64,000 nucleotides of DNA from an uncultured Gammaproteobacteria bacterium (lineage in GTDB: Bacteria; Pseudomonadota; Gammaproteobacteria; UBA6002): assembly GCA_963705725.1 (NCBI GenBank), contig CAVPKM010000013.1, forward strand, positions 25,862 through 89,861, written 5' to 3'. Below, one piece after another: positions 1 through 10,980 of this stretch. Each line of letters begins with the position of its first letter. The stretch's first letter is position 1. The position numbers were made by a program, and so were the translations under genes. Below the pieces are notes generated by a model. The model was not told the origin of the DNA. It saw only the letters and a list, made by a program, of their open reading frames with translations, and ran no database searches.

Positions 1-381
1 ATTTTTACCTGGACGCCCCCTCATTTTTGGGCTTTATCCATCGCCCGTTTTGAGGATTATAAAAAAGCAGAAATTCCCATGCTGCCGGTAACCTATGGCA
101 TTCCTTTTACCAAGCTTTGTATTCTGCTCTATACCATACTCATGGTTATCACCTCCATCTTACCTTTCGCGATTAATATGAGCGGCGGGATTTATTTAAT
201 TGCTGCCATCGTACTAGGGTTTGGCTTTTTATTTTATGCATGGCAACTCTATCGAAACAATAGTGTCCAAATCGCAATGAAAACTTTTTCTTATTCTATT
301 TTTTATTTAATGTTGATGTTTTTATTTTTGTTAATTGATCATTATTATATTCTGATGTCGGGGAAGGAAATTTATGTCTAA
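1..381 (+). CDS. cyoE: protoheme IX farnesyltransferase (heme O synthase), 5'-truncated at window edge
   Basis: Frame 1 is open from nt 1 and reads IFTWTPPHFWALSIARFEDYKKAEIPMLPVTYGIPFTK, which is the conserved CyoE/CtaB C-terminal region. Hydrophobic tail. Confidence 0.8.
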   Translation: MFTWTPPHFWALSIARFEDYKKAEIPMLPVTYGIPFTKLCILLYTILMVITSILPFAINMSGGIYLIAAIVLGFGFLFYAWQLYRNNSVQIAMKTFSYSIFYLMLMFLFLLIDHYYILMSGKEIYV

Positions 382-1042
382 ACGCAGCAGCATACAGAAA
401 CCAGTTATTTTTTCTGCCATTGCATTTTGTCTAATTGCCGTCCTATTTGGTGCGTGGTCACAATACAATGTTCATCCCACCCATGACCAAGCGCTTAATC
501 TCCAAAGTGGCACTGCATTTAAAACGCCTCGTGCGTTAAAACCATTTGAATTAAAAAATGCGCCGACTGGAAGCACATTTTCCAATCAACAGTTGAAAGG
601 GCATTGGAGTCTATTGTTTTTTGGTTTTACACATTGCGCCTTGCTTTGCCCAACTACTTTAACCAGCTTAAATCATTTTTATCAAAACTTAGTAGATGAT
701 CAAGTTTCTCCCTTGCCACAAATTTATTTCGTTTCAATCGATCCGGAAAGGGATTCATTGCAACGCATTAATTCTTATGTCACTTCATTTAATAAAGCAT
801 TTAAAGGGGCAACTGGGTCAGAATCACAAATCGAGCAGTTGACACAAGAACTGAATATTCTTTTTGCAAAAGTTAAATCCAATCAAGAGGATGAGGATTA
901 CCAAATCGATCACAGCGGAACGGTATTGCTTTTCAATCCAAATGGCGATTTAGCCGCGCTTTTCTCTCCACCCATTGACGCCAAGCTGATGGCTGAAGAT
1001 TTTAAGGCTATACTTAAGCAAGCGGCAGCTGCGGCCCATTAA
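374..1042 (+). CDS. SCO1/SenC family copper chaperone (cytochrome oxidase assembly)
   Basis: CxxxC thioredoxin-like motif (HWSLLFFGFTHCALLCPTTL), N-terminal TM segment, synteny with cyoE. Confidence 0.8.
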   Translation: MSKRSSIQKPVIFSAIAFCLIAVLFGAWSQYNVHPTHDQALNLQSGTAFKTPRALKPFELKNAPTGSTFSNQQLKGHWSLLFFGFTHCALLCPTTLTSLNHFYQNLVDDQVSPLPQIYFVSIDPERDSLQRINSYVTSFNKAFKGATGSESQIEQLTQELNILFAKVKSNQEDEDYQIDHSGTVLLFNPNGDLAALFSPPIDAKLMAEDFKAILKQAAAAAH

Positions 1043-1057
1043 TCATTTTTCTGGGGA

Positions 1058-1561
1058 TTGGTTATGCAAATAGGGAAGTTACATCTATCTAATGCTGTGT
1101 TGAATAACTACGGCAAGTTAATTATTGCCACCCTGACCTTCCTGATATTAACCGCTTGCCGTCCCGATGCTGTGGATACAAAAAATCATCCTGTTAACAT
1201 TTCGGATTTCAAAGGAAAATGGGTTCTCATTCAATATTGGACTACCTGGTGCCCGCTTTGTATTGAAGAAATCCCGATGCTTAATACGTTAGCCAAGTAC
1301 TATCCTGATCAAGTTGTTGTTTTTGCGGTTAACCCAAGCCACCTAACTAATGCCAGATTAAATCATTTAAAAAATGCTTATCGCATTCAATATGTTTTTT
1401 TACAAAGTTTTCCAATTGAAAAATGGGGGGGGAAGGTTAAACAGCTGCCTGTCATTTTTATTTTAGATAAAAAAGGGAGACTAGATAAAACGCTGCTGGG
1501 GTTACCCGCTTTTTCAACCTTGCAGAAAATCTTAAAATTACCCAATGTAGTTTATGATTGA
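1058..1561 (+). CDS. TlpA/ResA-like thiol:disulfide oxidoreductase lipoprotein
   Basis: WCPLC redoxin motif; lipobox LTAC after a hydrophobic leader. Confidence 0.65.
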   Translation: MVMQIGKLHLSNAVLNNYGKLIIATLTFLILTACRPDAVDTKNHPVNISDFKGKWVLIQYWTTWCPLCIEEIPMLNTLAKYYPDQVVVFAVNPSHLTNARLNHLKNAYRIQYVFLQSFPIEKWGGKVKQLPVIFILDKKGRLDKTLLGLPAFSTLQKILKLPNVVYD

Positions 1562-1844
1562 GAAAATTATGACTGATATTTGCAAACGCTTTAGGGTATT
1601 TGGTGAAGTTCAAGGTGTCTTTTTCCGTTATTCCACACAAAAAAAGGCCGTGGAATTGGGTTTGATAGGCTGGGTTAAAAATCAAGATGATGGCAGTGTG
1701 GAACTTATCGCCTGCGGTGATCAAGAACGTTTGGCGATTTTAGAACAATGGCTTTGGCAAGGGCCACCTGCCGCAAAAGTTGAATTGGTTCGCGTAGAAG
1801 AGATGGAGTGGGAAGCCTTTTCCAAATTTATAATTAAACATTAG
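1554..1844 (+). CDS. acyP: acylphosphatase
   Basis: VQGVFFR...GWVKNQDDGSVE signature of acylphosphatases; 96 aa. Confidence 0.8.
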   Translation: MIEKIMTDICKRFRVFGEVQGVFFRYSTQKKAVELGLIGWVKNQDDGSVELIACGDQERLAILEQWLWQGPPAAKVELVRVEEMEWEAFSKFIIKH

Positions 1845-2365
1845 GCTAAAATTGCGGTTACTGCCGCTGCTAAATTGGGGAAAACCAGACACTTTTCTTT
1901 TAATTGACTCGCTGTTGCTTGCCCATTGCCTGTCAAGACTAAGATGGGTTTTGCGCCTACTTGCATTGCGGCTGAAATATCTCTTTGGGAGTCTCCAATA
2001 TAAATTGCGCTTGTCATTGGGACCTTAAATTTTTTACTTATCGCCATTAACAGCCCGGGTTTGGGTTTGCGGCAGTCACAGCTATCATCGGGATGATGAG
2101 GACAGTAGAAAATTCCATCAAGTTCTGTTCCCAATTTTCTTAATGCATTTTGCATTTTTTCATGAATTTGTGTCAATGTTTCTTCAGAAAAGAGTCCTCG
2201 CGCGATGCCTGATTGGTTTGTCGCTACCACGACTTGATGGCCTGCTTGTTTTAACCTGGCAATGGCTTCTAAACTTCCTGGGATGGGGCGCCATTCTTCC
2301 GGGGACTTGATATAGGCAAAAGACTCCTCATTGATCACGCCATCTCTGTCTAAAACAACTAACAT
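1841..2365 (-). CDS. gmhB: D,D-heptose 1,7-bisphosphate phosphatase (HAD family)
   Basis: N-terminal DRDGVIN HAD motif and CPHHPDDSCDCRKPKPG Zn-binding loop typical of GmhB/HisB-N. Confidence 0.8.
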   Translation of the reverse strand: MLVVLDRDGVINEESFAYIKSPEEWRPIPGSLEAIARLKQAGHQVVVATNQSGIARGLFSEETLTQIHEKMQNALRKLGTELDGIFYCPHHPDDSCDCRKPKPGLLMAISKKFKVPMTSAIYIGDSQRDISAAMQVGAKPILVLTGNGQATASQLKEKCLVFPNLAAAVTAILA

Positions 2366-3324
2366 GCTGAATGGGTACTTCCTAAGTAAGCTTGACTAGA
2401 AAACAATTCTTTTCTGGAATTTAAAAACTCTTTAACAGATAGCGGTTTGCCGCCAGCAAGCTGGAGTTGAGTAATCCGAAAAAGCCCTTTTTTAGCCGCC
2501 ACATCTATCCCGGTCTCATCAGCGCTGACGATCAATCCAGGTGGATAAGCATGTTCTTCAGTGGAAAGAATGCATCCTTGCCAAACTTTAAGTAACACGC
2601 CGTTTAAGTGAGAATAAGCAACAGGCCAGGGGTTAAATGCCCTTACTTGGCGATCGATGTAAGAGACATCTTCTAACCAGTTGATGTGCGCCTCTTTTTT
2701 ATCAATTTTTGCGGCATAAGTAGCCAAATCCGAATTTTGTGGGTTTGGTTTGGTTTGGTTTCTAATTATATTATCTAAAGCTCCAATCAAGGATTTTGCA
2801 CCTAGAATGGAAAGTGATTCATGAAGGCTGCCCGCTGTTGCTCCTGGTTCAATTTGATATGGCGTTTGCTGCCACATTGCACCGGTATCTAAGCCTTCAT
2901 CAATTTGCATAATTGTAACCCCTGTTTCTCTATCTCCTGCCAATAAGGCACGTTGTATGGGAGCGGCTCCTCGCCATCTTGGCAGCAATGAAGCGTGAAC
3001 ATTAATACATCCATATCGAAATAGCGAATATAAAGATTTTGGAATGAGATATCCGTAAGCAATGACGACCATTATGTCAGCATTCAATTCATTTAGTTGC
3101 TGGAGGACATCAATATTTTTTAAGTTTGAAGGTTGAAAAATTGGCACTAAGGGGTAATGTTCTTTCGCATATTGTTTGACAGGGCTTTGCACCAGCTTTT
3201 GTCCTCTACCAGATGGGCTATCTGGTTTTGTATAAATAGCGCAAACCTCATAGTGAGTCATCAAGGCAGAGAGGGAAGGGATGGCAAAATGTGGCGTACC
3301 AGCAAAAACAATTCTTAAATTCAC
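2359..3324 (-). CDS. fmt: methionyl-tRNA formyltransferase
   Basis: IVFAGTPHFA, HASLLPRWRGAAPIQRA formyltransferase motifs; 321 aa. Confidence 0.9.
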   Translation of the reverse strand: MNLRIVFAGTPHFAIPSLSALMTHYEVCAIYTKPDSPSGRGQKLVQSPVKQYAKEHYPLVPIFQPSNLKNIDVLQQLNELNADIMVVIAYGYLIPKSLYSLFRYGCINVHASLLPRWRGAAPIQRALLAGDRETGVTIMQIDEGLDTGAMWQQTPYQIEPGATAGSLHESLSILGAKSLIGALDNIIRNQTKPNPQNSDLATYAAKIDKKEAHINWLEDVSYIDRQVRAFNPWPVAYSHLNGVLLKVWQGCILSTEEHAYPPGLIVSADETGIDVAAKKGLFRITQLQLAGGKPLSVKEFLNSRKELFSSQAYLGSTHSAC

Positions 3325-3379
3325 TTATTCAATCCATTTATTGTCTTGAGGCTGCGAAATAGTTGGCTGAAAGGTAAAA

Positions 3380-3456
3380 TGGTGGCTATGGGTGGACTCG
3401 AACCACCGACCTCAGCATTATGAGTGCCGCGCTCTAACCGGCTGAGCTACATAGCC
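3380..3456 (-). tRNA. tRNA-Met (CAU), elongator type
   Basis: Reverse complement reads GGCTATGTAGCTCAGCCGGTTAGAGCGCGGCACTCATAATGCTGAGGTCGGTGGTTCGAGTCCACCCATAGCCACCA, a cloverleaf with CAT anticodon and encoded CCA. Near-identical in form to E. coli elongator tRNA-Met. Confidence 0.85.
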
Positions 3457-3521
3457 ATAATGATACGCAATAGAATAAGAGGGAAAATTTTCCTGTCAAA
3501 GCTGGAAAATGTCAAGGTTTC

Positions 3522-4613
3522 TTACACATTAAAGAGAAAATGTACCACATCACCATCTTTTACGATATAGTTCTTACCTTCAAGACGTAATTTGCCAGCA
3601 TTTTTTGCTCCTTGCTCTCCATTGCAAGCGATGTAATCATCGAAAGCCACCACTTCTGCTCGAATGAAACCGCGTTCGAAATCGGTATGTATCACTCCTG
3701 CGGCTTGGGGGGCCGTTGCGCCTATGGGGATAGTCCAAGCGCGAACCTCTTTTACTCCTGCTGTGAAATAAGTTTGTAGTCCTAATAGGTTATAACCTGC
3801 ATGAATTAATCGATCTAACCCTGGTTCACTCAAACCCATTTCAGTTAGAAATTCTTGTTTATCGGCCTCATCTAAGCCTGCAATTTCAGCTTCAAGCGCT
3901 GCTGAAACGGGTACGACAGCAGAGTTTTCCTTCGCTGCATAGTGCCGCACTTTCTCTAAAGAGGGGTTGTTGGCAAAATTATCCTCATCCACATTTGCAA
4001 TATAAAGTGTGGGTTTGGCGGTGAGCAGGTGTAAAGATTTGAGCAACTCTTTGTCTGATTCAGGCAAATCAAGGCTTCTCACGGACAAACCTTGGTCTAG
4101 CGTTTGTTTGATTTGTTCTAATAGGTTTTTTTCGGCAAGTAGCGCTTTATCTCCCGTTTTTGCTTGTTTAGTGAGTTTGCTTAAGCGTTTTTCAACGGCT
4201 TCTAAATCAGCTAATGCAAGTTCAGTATTGATTGTTTCAATATCAGAGAGGGGATCGATGCTTCCTGATACATGCGTGACATCAGGGTCATGAAAGCAGC
4301 GAACAACATGCGCAATCGCTTGGGTTTCGCGAATATTTGCTAAAAATTTATTACCCAACCCTTCACCTTTTGAAGCGCCTGCGACCAAGCCAGCAATATC
4401 TACAAATTTCACCGTTGTTGGGATAATTTGTTGCGGTTTAATAATGCTAGCTAGTTGCGTTAAGCGTTGATCGGGAACAGGCACAATTCCAATATTCGGT
4501 TCAATTGTACAAAATGGATAATTTTCAGCCTGAATGCCAGCCCTAGTTAATGCATTGAATAATGTAGATTTGCCAACGTTAGGAAGGCCCACGATTCCGC
4601 ACTTAAAACCCAT
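3522..4613 (-). CDS. ychF: ribosome-binding ATPase YchF
   Basis: [24 protein letters not shown]-loop and C-terminal TGS region; 363 aa if started at the conserved Met. The ORF track start at 4709 is an upstream extension. Confidence 0.9.
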   Translation of the reverse strand: MGFKCGIVGLPNVGKSTLFNALTRAGIQAENYPFCTIEPNIGIVPVPDQRLTQLASIIKPQQIIPTTVKFVDIAGLVAGASKGEGLGNKFLANIRETQAIAHVVRCFHDPDVTHVSGSIDPLSDIETINTELALADLEAVEKRLSKLTKQAKTGDKALLAEKNLLEQIKQTLDQGLSVRSLDLPESDKELLKSLHLLTAKPTLYIANVDEDNFANNPSLEKVRHYAAKENSAVVPVSAALEAEIAGLDEADKQEFLTEMGLSEPGLDRLIHAGYNLLGLQTYFTAGVKEVRAWTIPIGATAPQAAGVIHTDFERGFIRAEVVAFDDYIACNGEQGAKNAGKLRLEGKNYIVKDGDVVHFLFNV

Positions 4614-4677
4614 ATAATCTCCTGCCTCTGGACGTTTTTGCCTTCTTTGGTTATCTGCTAGATAGAAGGTATTTCTA

Positions 4678-5250
4678 TTAATTATGCAAAATTTGCATGG
4701 CTTTTTCAAAATTTCCGCTTAAAAGAGTGGGGATGACATCGATGGCAGCATGAATGGCGGTGAGGATTAATTCATGCTCTTTTTTAGAGGGGGGATGTAA
4801 TACGTAATCTGTTACAAGATCGCGATTACCCGGATGCCCGATGCCGATTCTGAGGCGTTTAAAATTTTTGCTTTGCAAATGCTGGATGATATCTTTAAGT
4901 CCGTTATGTCCGCCATGCCCGCCATGTTGCCTTAATTTTGCAGTTCCGGCAGGGAAATCTAAGTCGTCGTGAGCAATTAATATTGCTTCTGGCGGTATTT
5001 TGTAAAAATGACAGAGCGCTTTTACCGCGCGGCCGCTATGGTTCATGAAAGTGGTGGGAATAAAGAGCCAATAATAATCAGATGCTTGGACACGTGCTGT
5101 TCGGCCGAGAAATTTTGCTTCAGAAGTGAGCGAAATATGATTTTTTTTTGCAAGCAACTCAACAAACCAAGCTCCGGCATTATGTCTTGTTGCTTCATAC
5201 GTGGCGCCTGGATTGCCCAGGCCCACAATCAATTGAATTTTGTCTAGCAA
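4678..5250 (-). CDS. pth: peptidyl-tRNA hydrolase
   Basis: LIVGLGNPG...HNGLKDI motifs; 190 aa. Confidence 0.9.
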   Translation of the reverse strand: MLDKIQLIVGLGNPGATYEATRHNAGAWFVELLAKKNHISLTSEAKFLGRTARVQASDYYWLFIPTTFMNHSGRAVKALCHFYKIPPEAILIAHDDLDFPAGTAKLRQHGGHGGHNGLKDIIQHLQSKNFKRLRIGIGHPGNRDLVTDYVLHPPSKKEHELILTAIHAAIDVIPTLLSGNFEKAMQILHN

Positions 5251-5264
5251 TGTTGACTCCTCAC

Positions 5265-5906
5265 CTAGGTATTGTTTTCTGGTGATGGGGGCGATTCTTC
5301 TGTCACAGAAGTTTCTAGGGGTACGGTAGGTTTATGAATGCTGGCAACGGGCTGGTCATGGCCTTCGCCTTGAGGTATGGCAACAATATCTACGCCTTTT
5401 GGAAGCTTGATTTCAGATAGGTAAACCGATTCGCCAACTGACAGATGGGAGAGATCAACTTCAATAAATTCTGGAAGTGAATCAGGTAGGCAGCGAATTT
5501 CTATTTCGTTCATTAAATGGGCAACTACACCAGCTTGATCTTTAATGCCGGGAGAATTATCTGCACCGATAAAATGCACTGGTACTTGTATAGTAATTTG
5601 TGTATTTGGACTGACCCGTTGAAAATCCGCATGAAGTATTTGAGGCTTGCTGGGATGCCGATGTAAATCTTTTAGCACCACTTTTTCTTTTTTGCCGTCA
5701 ACATTTAGCGTAAGAATGCGAGAATAAAAACCCTCATTTTCTAAAGCTTTTGAAAGCACATTATGATCAACTTGGATCATGTGAGTAGGCTTTTTGCCGC
5801 CATAAATAATGGCCGGAATTTTATTTTTTAAACGACGCAAACGGCGACTGCTAGCCTTGCCATTTTCTATTCGCGCTTCAACAGAAAGCTCGTAGACTTC
5901 AGACAT
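5265..5906 (-). CDS. rplY: 50S ribosomal protein L25 / general stress protein Ctc
   Basis: N-terminal L25 fold sequence, acidic Ctc-type C-terminal extension; conserved pth-rplY-prs synteny. Confidence 0.85.
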   Translation of the reverse strand: MSEVYELSVEARIENGKASSRRLRRLKNKIPAIIYGGKKPTHMIQVDHNVLSKALENEGFYSRILTLNVDGKKEKVVLKDLHRHPSKPQILHADFQRVSPNTQITIQVPVHFIGADNSPGIKDQAGVVAHLMNEIEIRCLPDSLPEFIEVDLSHLSVGESVYLSEIKLPKGVDIVAIPQGEGHDQPVASIHKPTVPLETSVTEESPPSPENNT

Positions 5907-5985
5907 TATAGTGTTTCTCCAATAGACATGCAGATAAAGTGAATCGCGAATTATACATTATTTTTTTGACTGGCGAAAGCGGTTC

Positions 5986-6939
5986 TTAAACACGATCAAC
6001 GAATAATGAGCTGACCGATTCTTTATGATTCACTCGGTAGATGGTTTCTGCAATAAGATGGCTTAAATCAATCTGCCTAACCTTAGGGCAACTTCTAGCC
6101 TTGTCGGTAAGGGGGATGGTATTACCAACGACAACCTCATCAATAGCAGAATTCATAATGTTTTCAATTGCAGCGCCAGAAAAAATGGGATGCGTGCAAT
6201 AAGCAGTAACGGTTTTCGCGCCATGATCTTTAAGTGCGCTGGCGGCGTGGGTCAATGTTCCAGCTGTATCTACCATGTCATCGACAATAATGCAGTTTCG
6301 ATTTGCCACTTCGCCAATGATATGCATCACTTCAGCCTGGTTGTGGCAGGGTCTTCTTTTGTCGATGATAGCAAGATCGGCATCATTTAATTTTTTTGCA
6401 ACTGCGCGAGCGCGTACCACTCCTCCTATGTCTGGTGAGACAACAGTTAGATTAGTGAGCTGCTTTTTTACCATATCTTCAAGCATGGCGGGTGTGGAGT
6501 AAACATTATCTACCGGCATATCAAAAAAGCCTTGAATTTGATCGGCATGCAGATCTACCGTGATGACTCGATTGTAGCCGACTACCGCTAGCATGTCGGC
6601 AACCACCTTTGCAGAGATGGCTACCCTTGCAGAATTTGGGCGTCTGTCTTGGCGAGCATAGCCAAAATAGGGGATGACAGCTGTCATACTTGCAGCAGAA
6701 GCGCGACGTAATGCATCGCCAAGAAGAATAAGTTCCATTAAATTATCATTTTGAGGCGCGCTCGTAGATTGCAGGATAAAAGCATCGCGCCCGCGAACAT
6801 TCTCATCGATTTGAGCTCTAATTTCACCATCACTAAAGCGATCTACCGTTGCTCTTCCTAAAGGGATCTGTAAGCGATTGGCGATTTTATTTGCTAGCAC
6901 GGGGTTAGAATTGCCGCTAAAAATTTTTACTTCATGCAC
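5986..6939 (-). CDS. prs: ribose-phosphate pyrophosphokinase
   Basis: PRPP synthetase motifs ([22 protein letters not shown]); 317 aa. Confidence 0.9.
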   Translation of the reverse strand: MHEVKIFSGNSNPVLANKIANRLQIPLGRATVDRFSDGEIRAQIDENVRGRDAFILQSTSAPQNDNLMELILLGDALRRASAASMTAVIPYFGYARQDRRPNSARVAISAKVVADMLAVVGYNRVITVDLHADQIQGFFDMPVDNVYSTPAMLEDMVKKQLTNLTVVSPDIGGVVRARAVAKKLNDADLAIIDKRRPCHNQAEVMHIIGEVANRNCIIVDDMVDTAGTLTHAASALKDHGAKTVTAYCTHPIFSGAAIENIMNSAIDEVVVGNTIPLTDKARSCPKVRQIDLSHLIAETIYRVNHKESVSSLFVDRV

Positions 6940-6994
6940 GACGTGTTTCCTTCGGCTCGCGAATTATTTTTTAGATATTGAGTAATTACAAATT

Positions 6995-7069
6995 TGGCTG
7001 GGGTGCTAGGATTCGAACCTAGGTATGCAGGGATCAAAACCCTGTGCCTTACCGCTTGGCGACACCCCA
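6995..7069 (-). tRNA. tRNA-Gln (UUG)
   Basis: Reverse complement reads TGGGGTGTCGCCAAGCGGTAAGGCACAGGGTTTTGATCCCTGCATACCTAGGTTCGAATCCTAGCACCCCAGCCA, nearly identical in form to E. coli tRNA-Gln. Confidence 0.85.
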
Positions 7070-7908
7070 AATAAATGATTCATTGTTTCATGCAAGGGTG
7101 AATTATTTAGCCCTTTTACAAGGATTCCATTCAATGGTTTTGGTAATTGAACTGCTACTCTTTCAGCGGTTTCTTTGTCTTCAAAAGTAGCAAAAACAGC
7201 GCTGCCCGTACCTGTCATCTTAGCTGCAGAATACTGATTAAGGCATTCAAGTGCATAAGCTATTTCTGGAAAGTGTTTTTTTGCAATAGGTTCGCAATCA
7301 TTTTTTCCGCCATTTGCAAAAAACTCATCTATTGTGATCGCTCGGGTGTTACGTGTCAATTGAGAATCGGAAAAAATTTTTGAAGTGGGGGTATTGCAAT
7401 GAGGAAGCACTAATAAAACCCAGGGCTCCGATAAAGCGAGAGGGTGTAATATTTCTCCTATGCCTTCTGCAAAAGCCGCCTTTCCTAATATAAAAATGGG
7501 GATATCAGCGCCAAGCGTAAGCCCAATCTGTGCCAAGCGCTCCTTGGATAAATGGAGCTCCCAAAGCTGGTTTAAAATAAGTAATGTTGTTGCGGCATTG
7601 GAACTGCCGCCACCTAACCCAGCGCCGATCGGAATTTTTTTTTTAAGTTCAATCGTGATCCCGCAAGGTGATTGAGTCATTTTTTGTAATAAGCGAGCAG
7701 CTTTCGTGATGAGATTGTCTTCAGAAGTCAGGTTAGGTAAATTGGTTTTTAGCGCTATAAGGCTGTCTTTTCTGGGTTCGAAAATCATTTCATCGCAAAA
7801 ATCAATGAATTGAAAAGCCGTTTGTAGTAAATGGTAACCATCAGAACGGCGTCCGATAATATGTAAAAATAAATTAATTTTTGCAGGCGAGGGGACGATA
7901 AAAGACAT
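7006..7908 (-). CDS. ispE: 4-diphosphocytidyl-2-C-methyl-D-erythritol kinase
   Basis: GHMP kinase motifs (PIGAGLGGGSSNAA); lolB-ispE-tRNA-prs synteny. The reading frame stays open through ~60 nt of the tRNA-Gln gene (see findings). Confidence 0.85.
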   Translation of the reverse strand: MSFIVPSPAKINLFLHIIGRRSDGYHLLQTAFQFIDFCDEMIFEPRKDSLIALKTNLPNLTSEDNLITKAARLLQKMTQSPCGITIELKKKIPIGAGLGGGSSNAATTLLILNQLWELHLSKERLAQIGLTLGADIPIFILGKAAFAEGIGEILHPLALSEPWVLLVLPHCNTPTSKIFSDSQLTRNTRAITIDEFFANGGKNDCEPIAKKHFPEIAYALECLNQYSAAKMTGTGSAVFATFEDKETAERVAVQLPKPLNGILVKGLNNSPLHETMNHLFGVSPSGKAQGFDPCIPRFES

Positions 7909-8513
7909 TAATTACTATTCCAATGATTAATCACCAGCTTAATACGGAGAAGAGAATTTTCCATCCAAATTTTATGAGGCAAGCTATGGTCAGTCAAGGA
8001 TTGATAGTTTGCATAGCGAATAGTCCACCCTTGCTGCTGCAGATAAATCAAATGGTGATCTTCATCCTGTTTTTGCGTTTTAGCAAGACCTGGAGCAGGA
8101 AGGCCTTGTACCCAGTAGTACAGGTTCGAGACGGGAAGGTACCAGCCTAGCTCCTGCCGCATCAAATACTCGCCGGTGCGAGCGGAAACGCTTTTGGTTG
8201 GAGTATTTAAAGTCACCTTACCCGGTTGCCCGGCAATGCCTATAGCGCCTATGTTTAACGGACCATAAAAATTGATCGCATAACGAGGACCCACTTGCTC
8301 CCAGCTAAAACTTCCCATTTGAATTTTGTTTTGATTTTGTATACTGATCGCACCTTGAATATTCCAATTTTTCATATTGGCAGGCGCAAAGCGCTTAACA
8401 ACCCCGGCTTTTGATTGAGGAATGGAATGGGCAAAAGGCGGGGCAATTTGGTGAGCACAACCGGATAAAATGACTAAAAGCAGGCAACAGGTGATAATTA
8501 AACACTTATTCAT
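7908..8513 (-). CDS. lolB: outer-membrane lipoprotein LolB
   Basis: Lipobox LSGC; ~200 aa; conserved position upstream of ispE. Confidence 0.7.
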   Translation of the reverse strand: MNKCLIITCCLLLVILSGCAHQIAPPFAHSIPQSKAGVVKRFAPANMKNWNIQGAISIQNQNKIQMGSFSWEQVGPRYAINFYGPLNIGAIGIAGQPGKVTLNTPTKSVSARTGEYLMRQELGWYLPVSNLYYWVQGLPAPGLAKTQKQDEDHHLIYLQQQGWTIRYANYQSLTDHSLPHKIWMENSLLRIKLVINHWNSN

Positions 8514-8603
8514 AATAATCCTCGTGTTTTAAGATTCGTAAAGCGGTACAATTGGTTCCTAACGAAGGGTATACATCATTTTTTAATAGAAAAGCAATTT
8601 TTT

Positions 8604-9839
8604 ATGACGTTATTAGTCTGTGGCATTAATCATCTGACAACACCGCTCGAGATACGTGAACGTTTAGCCTTCTCCAAGGAGCGAACAAAATCCGCCCTTA
8701 AAGAGCTCGTTACCTTATCCAGCGTGAATGAGGCAATGATTGTATCGACTTGCAACCGGGTTGAAATTTATTCCCATGCGCAAAGGTCTGAAGAAATCCG
8801 TCATTGGTTAGAGATGAATTTAAAACAACCCGTTGCGCCTTGCTGGTATTTTTATCAAGAACAGGAAGCCATCACCCATATCATGCGTGTTGCGAGCGGC
8901 TTGGATTCCATGGTGTTAGGAGAACCGCATATCCTGGGTCAAATAAAAGATTTTTTTTGCTTGGCAAAAGAAATGGGTGCGATAGGAAATCACTTGCATC
9001 AATTATTTCAACGAGTATTTAACGTTTCAAAACAAGTTAGAACGAGCACACAAATCGGTGCAAATCCAGTGACGCTTGGCTTTGCAATTGTGACCCTGGC
9101 TAGACGTATTTTTACCCATCTTTCAACCAAAAAAACTTTATTAATTGGTGCGGGAGAAACCATTGAATTAATTGCATTACATTTGCAAAAGCAAGGGGTC
9201 AAGCATTTTACCCTTGCAAATCGTTCTCCACTTAAAGCCAAGCAATTAGCTGAAAAAATTAAGGCCCACTGTATTTCTTTGGCTGAGATCCCAGATTATT
9301 TAAAAGAATCAGATTTAATTATTACCGCGACGGCTAGCGAACTGCCTATTTTAGGAAAGGGTGCACTCGAGCGCACGATAAAAGCAAGAAAGCACCAACC
9401 GATTGTCATAGCAGATTTAGCTGTTCCAAGAGATGTAGAACCTGAAGTGGGAAGCTTGGAAGATGTTTACCTTTATAATATCGATGATTTAAATCTCATC
9501 CTTGAAGAGAACCGTCAGGGACGGCAGATTGCTGCCGCTGAAGCAGAAAGTCTAATCGAACTGCAAGCTAAACATTATCTATCAGACTTAAAATCGCGTG
9601 AAGCGGATCACTTGATTACGCATTTTAGGCAAAAAATAGCGGATACCTTCCAGCTTGAGTTAGCTAAAGCAAAATCTAAGTTGCACCAAGGAGTCGATCC
9701 AGAAATATTACTAGAGCAAATGGCATATAACTTAGTGAATAAAATTTCCCATGGGCCCTCAATTAAAATGAGACAAGCCGCTTACGAAGGGCGAATAGAC
9801 CTGTTAGATGTGGCGCGCCAGCTATTAGACTTAGCGTAA
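8604..9839 (+). CDS. hemA: glutamyl-tRNA reductase
   Basis: STCNRVEIY, GEPHILGQ, NAD-binding GAGE motifs; 411 aa; hemA-prfA-prmC synteny. Confidence 0.9.
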   Translation: MTLLVCGINHLTTPLEIRERLAFSKERTKSALKELVTLSSVNEAMIVSTCNRVEIYSHAQRSEEIRHWLEMNLKQPVAPCWYFYQEQEAITHIMRVASGLDSMVLGEPHILGQIKDFFCLAKEMGAIGNHLHQLFQRVFNVSKQVRTSTQIGANPVTLGFAIVTLARRIFTHLSTKKTLLIGAGETIELIALHLQKQGVKHFTLANRSPLKAKQLAEKIKAHCISLAEIPDYLKESDLIITATASELPILGKGALERTIKARKHQPIVIADLAVPRDVEPEVGSLEDVYLYNIDDLNLILEENRQGRQIAAAEAESLIELQAKHYLSDLKSREADHLITHFRQKIADTFQLELAKAKSKLHQGVDPEILLEQMAYNLVNKISHGPSIKMRQAAYEGRIDLLDVARQLLDLA

Positions 9840-9894
9840 TTATTTAGCTACGATTAAAAATAAAGATATTGAACATTTATAGTGAAAAAAAGAT

Positions 9895-10980
9895 ATGAAA
9901 GATTCCATTCAACGAAAACTCAATTACCTTATTGAGCGATTTCAAGAGGTAAGTTTATTACTCAATGATCCTGGAATTATTGGTGATCAAAATCGCTTTA
10001 GAGATTTGTCTAAAGAATATGCGCATTTAGAACCACTGGTTACCTGTTTTAATGAATATCAGCATAGTCAAGAAGCCATTGCCTCTGCACTCGCTCTTCG
10101 TGAAGACGAGGACCAAGCATTACGCCAGCTAGCAGAAGAGGAGTTAGTCGAATTATACCCCAGACTCGAATCCATTGAGTTAACACTTCAATGTTTGTTA
10201 ATTCCGCCTAATCCAGAAGACGAAAGCAATGTGTATCTTGAAATTAGAGGAGGAGCGGGGGGAGATGAAGCCGCCATTTTTGCAGGCGATTTATTTAGAA
10301 TGTATGCAAGATATGCTGAAAATCAAGGATGGAAGATTGAAATCGTTTCTGAGCATCTGGGCGAACATGGAGGTTACAAAGAGCTCATTAGTCGTATCAG
10401 CGGTAAGGGAGTTTATTCAAGGTTAAAATTTGAATCAGGTGCACATCGAGTTCAGCGCGTACCCACAACTGAGTCGCAAGGAAGAATTCATACTTCAACC
10501 TGTACCATTGCGGTTATGCCAGAAGTAGATGAAGTCGATGCAATTCAAATTAATCCAGCAGAATTAAAAATAGATACCTATCGCGCATCAGGTGCGGGCG
10601 GACAGCATGTGAATAAAACAGATTCAGCCATCCGAATTACCCACTTGCCCTCTGGTATTGTGGTGGAATGCCAAGATGAAAGATCACAACATAAAAATCG
10701 CTCACGTGCGATGGCGTTATTGCAATCTAAATTGCTAGATCAGGAGCGTACCAAGCAGCAAAAAGAACAAGCAGAAACCAGACGAAATCTAGTCGGAACG
10801 GGAGATAGATCGGAGCGTATTCGTACTTATAATTACCCGCAGGGGCGAATAACTGATCATCGAATTAATCTCACGCTTTATAAGCTCGATGAAATTATGG
10901 AAGGCAGCTTAGATCAAGTGATTGATCCATTAATCAGTGAGCATCAGGCAGACCAACTTGCCACCCTTGCCGATATTTAA
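9895..10980 (+). CDS. prfA: peptide chain release factor 1
   Basis: [11 protein letters not shown] motif (GGQ); 361 aa. Confidence 0.9.
   Translation: MKDSIQRKLNYLIERFQEVSLLLNDPGIIGDQNRFRDLSKEYAHLEPLVTCFNEYQHSQEAIASALALREDEDQALRQLAEEELVELYPRLESIELTLQCLLIPPNPEDESNVYLEIRGGAGGDEAAIFAGDLFRMYARYAENQGWKIEIVSEHLGEHGGYKELISRISGKGVYSRLKFESGAHRVQRVPTTESQGRIHTSTCTIAVMPEVDEVDAIQINPAELKIDTYRASGAGGQHVNKTDSAIRITHLPSGIVVECQDERSQHKNRSRAMALLQSKLLDQERTKQQKEQAETRRNLVGTGDRSERIRTYNYPQGRITDHRINLTLYKLDEIMEGSLDQVIDPLISEHQADQLATLADI

Noticed and set aside
4009-4293. Internal antisense or alternative-frame ORFs inside core genes (for example 4009..4293, 6190..6502, 14669..15350, 19472..19921, 54894..55225)
   Set aside because: All lie within well-supported conserved genes on the opposite strand or frame; no independent evidence.
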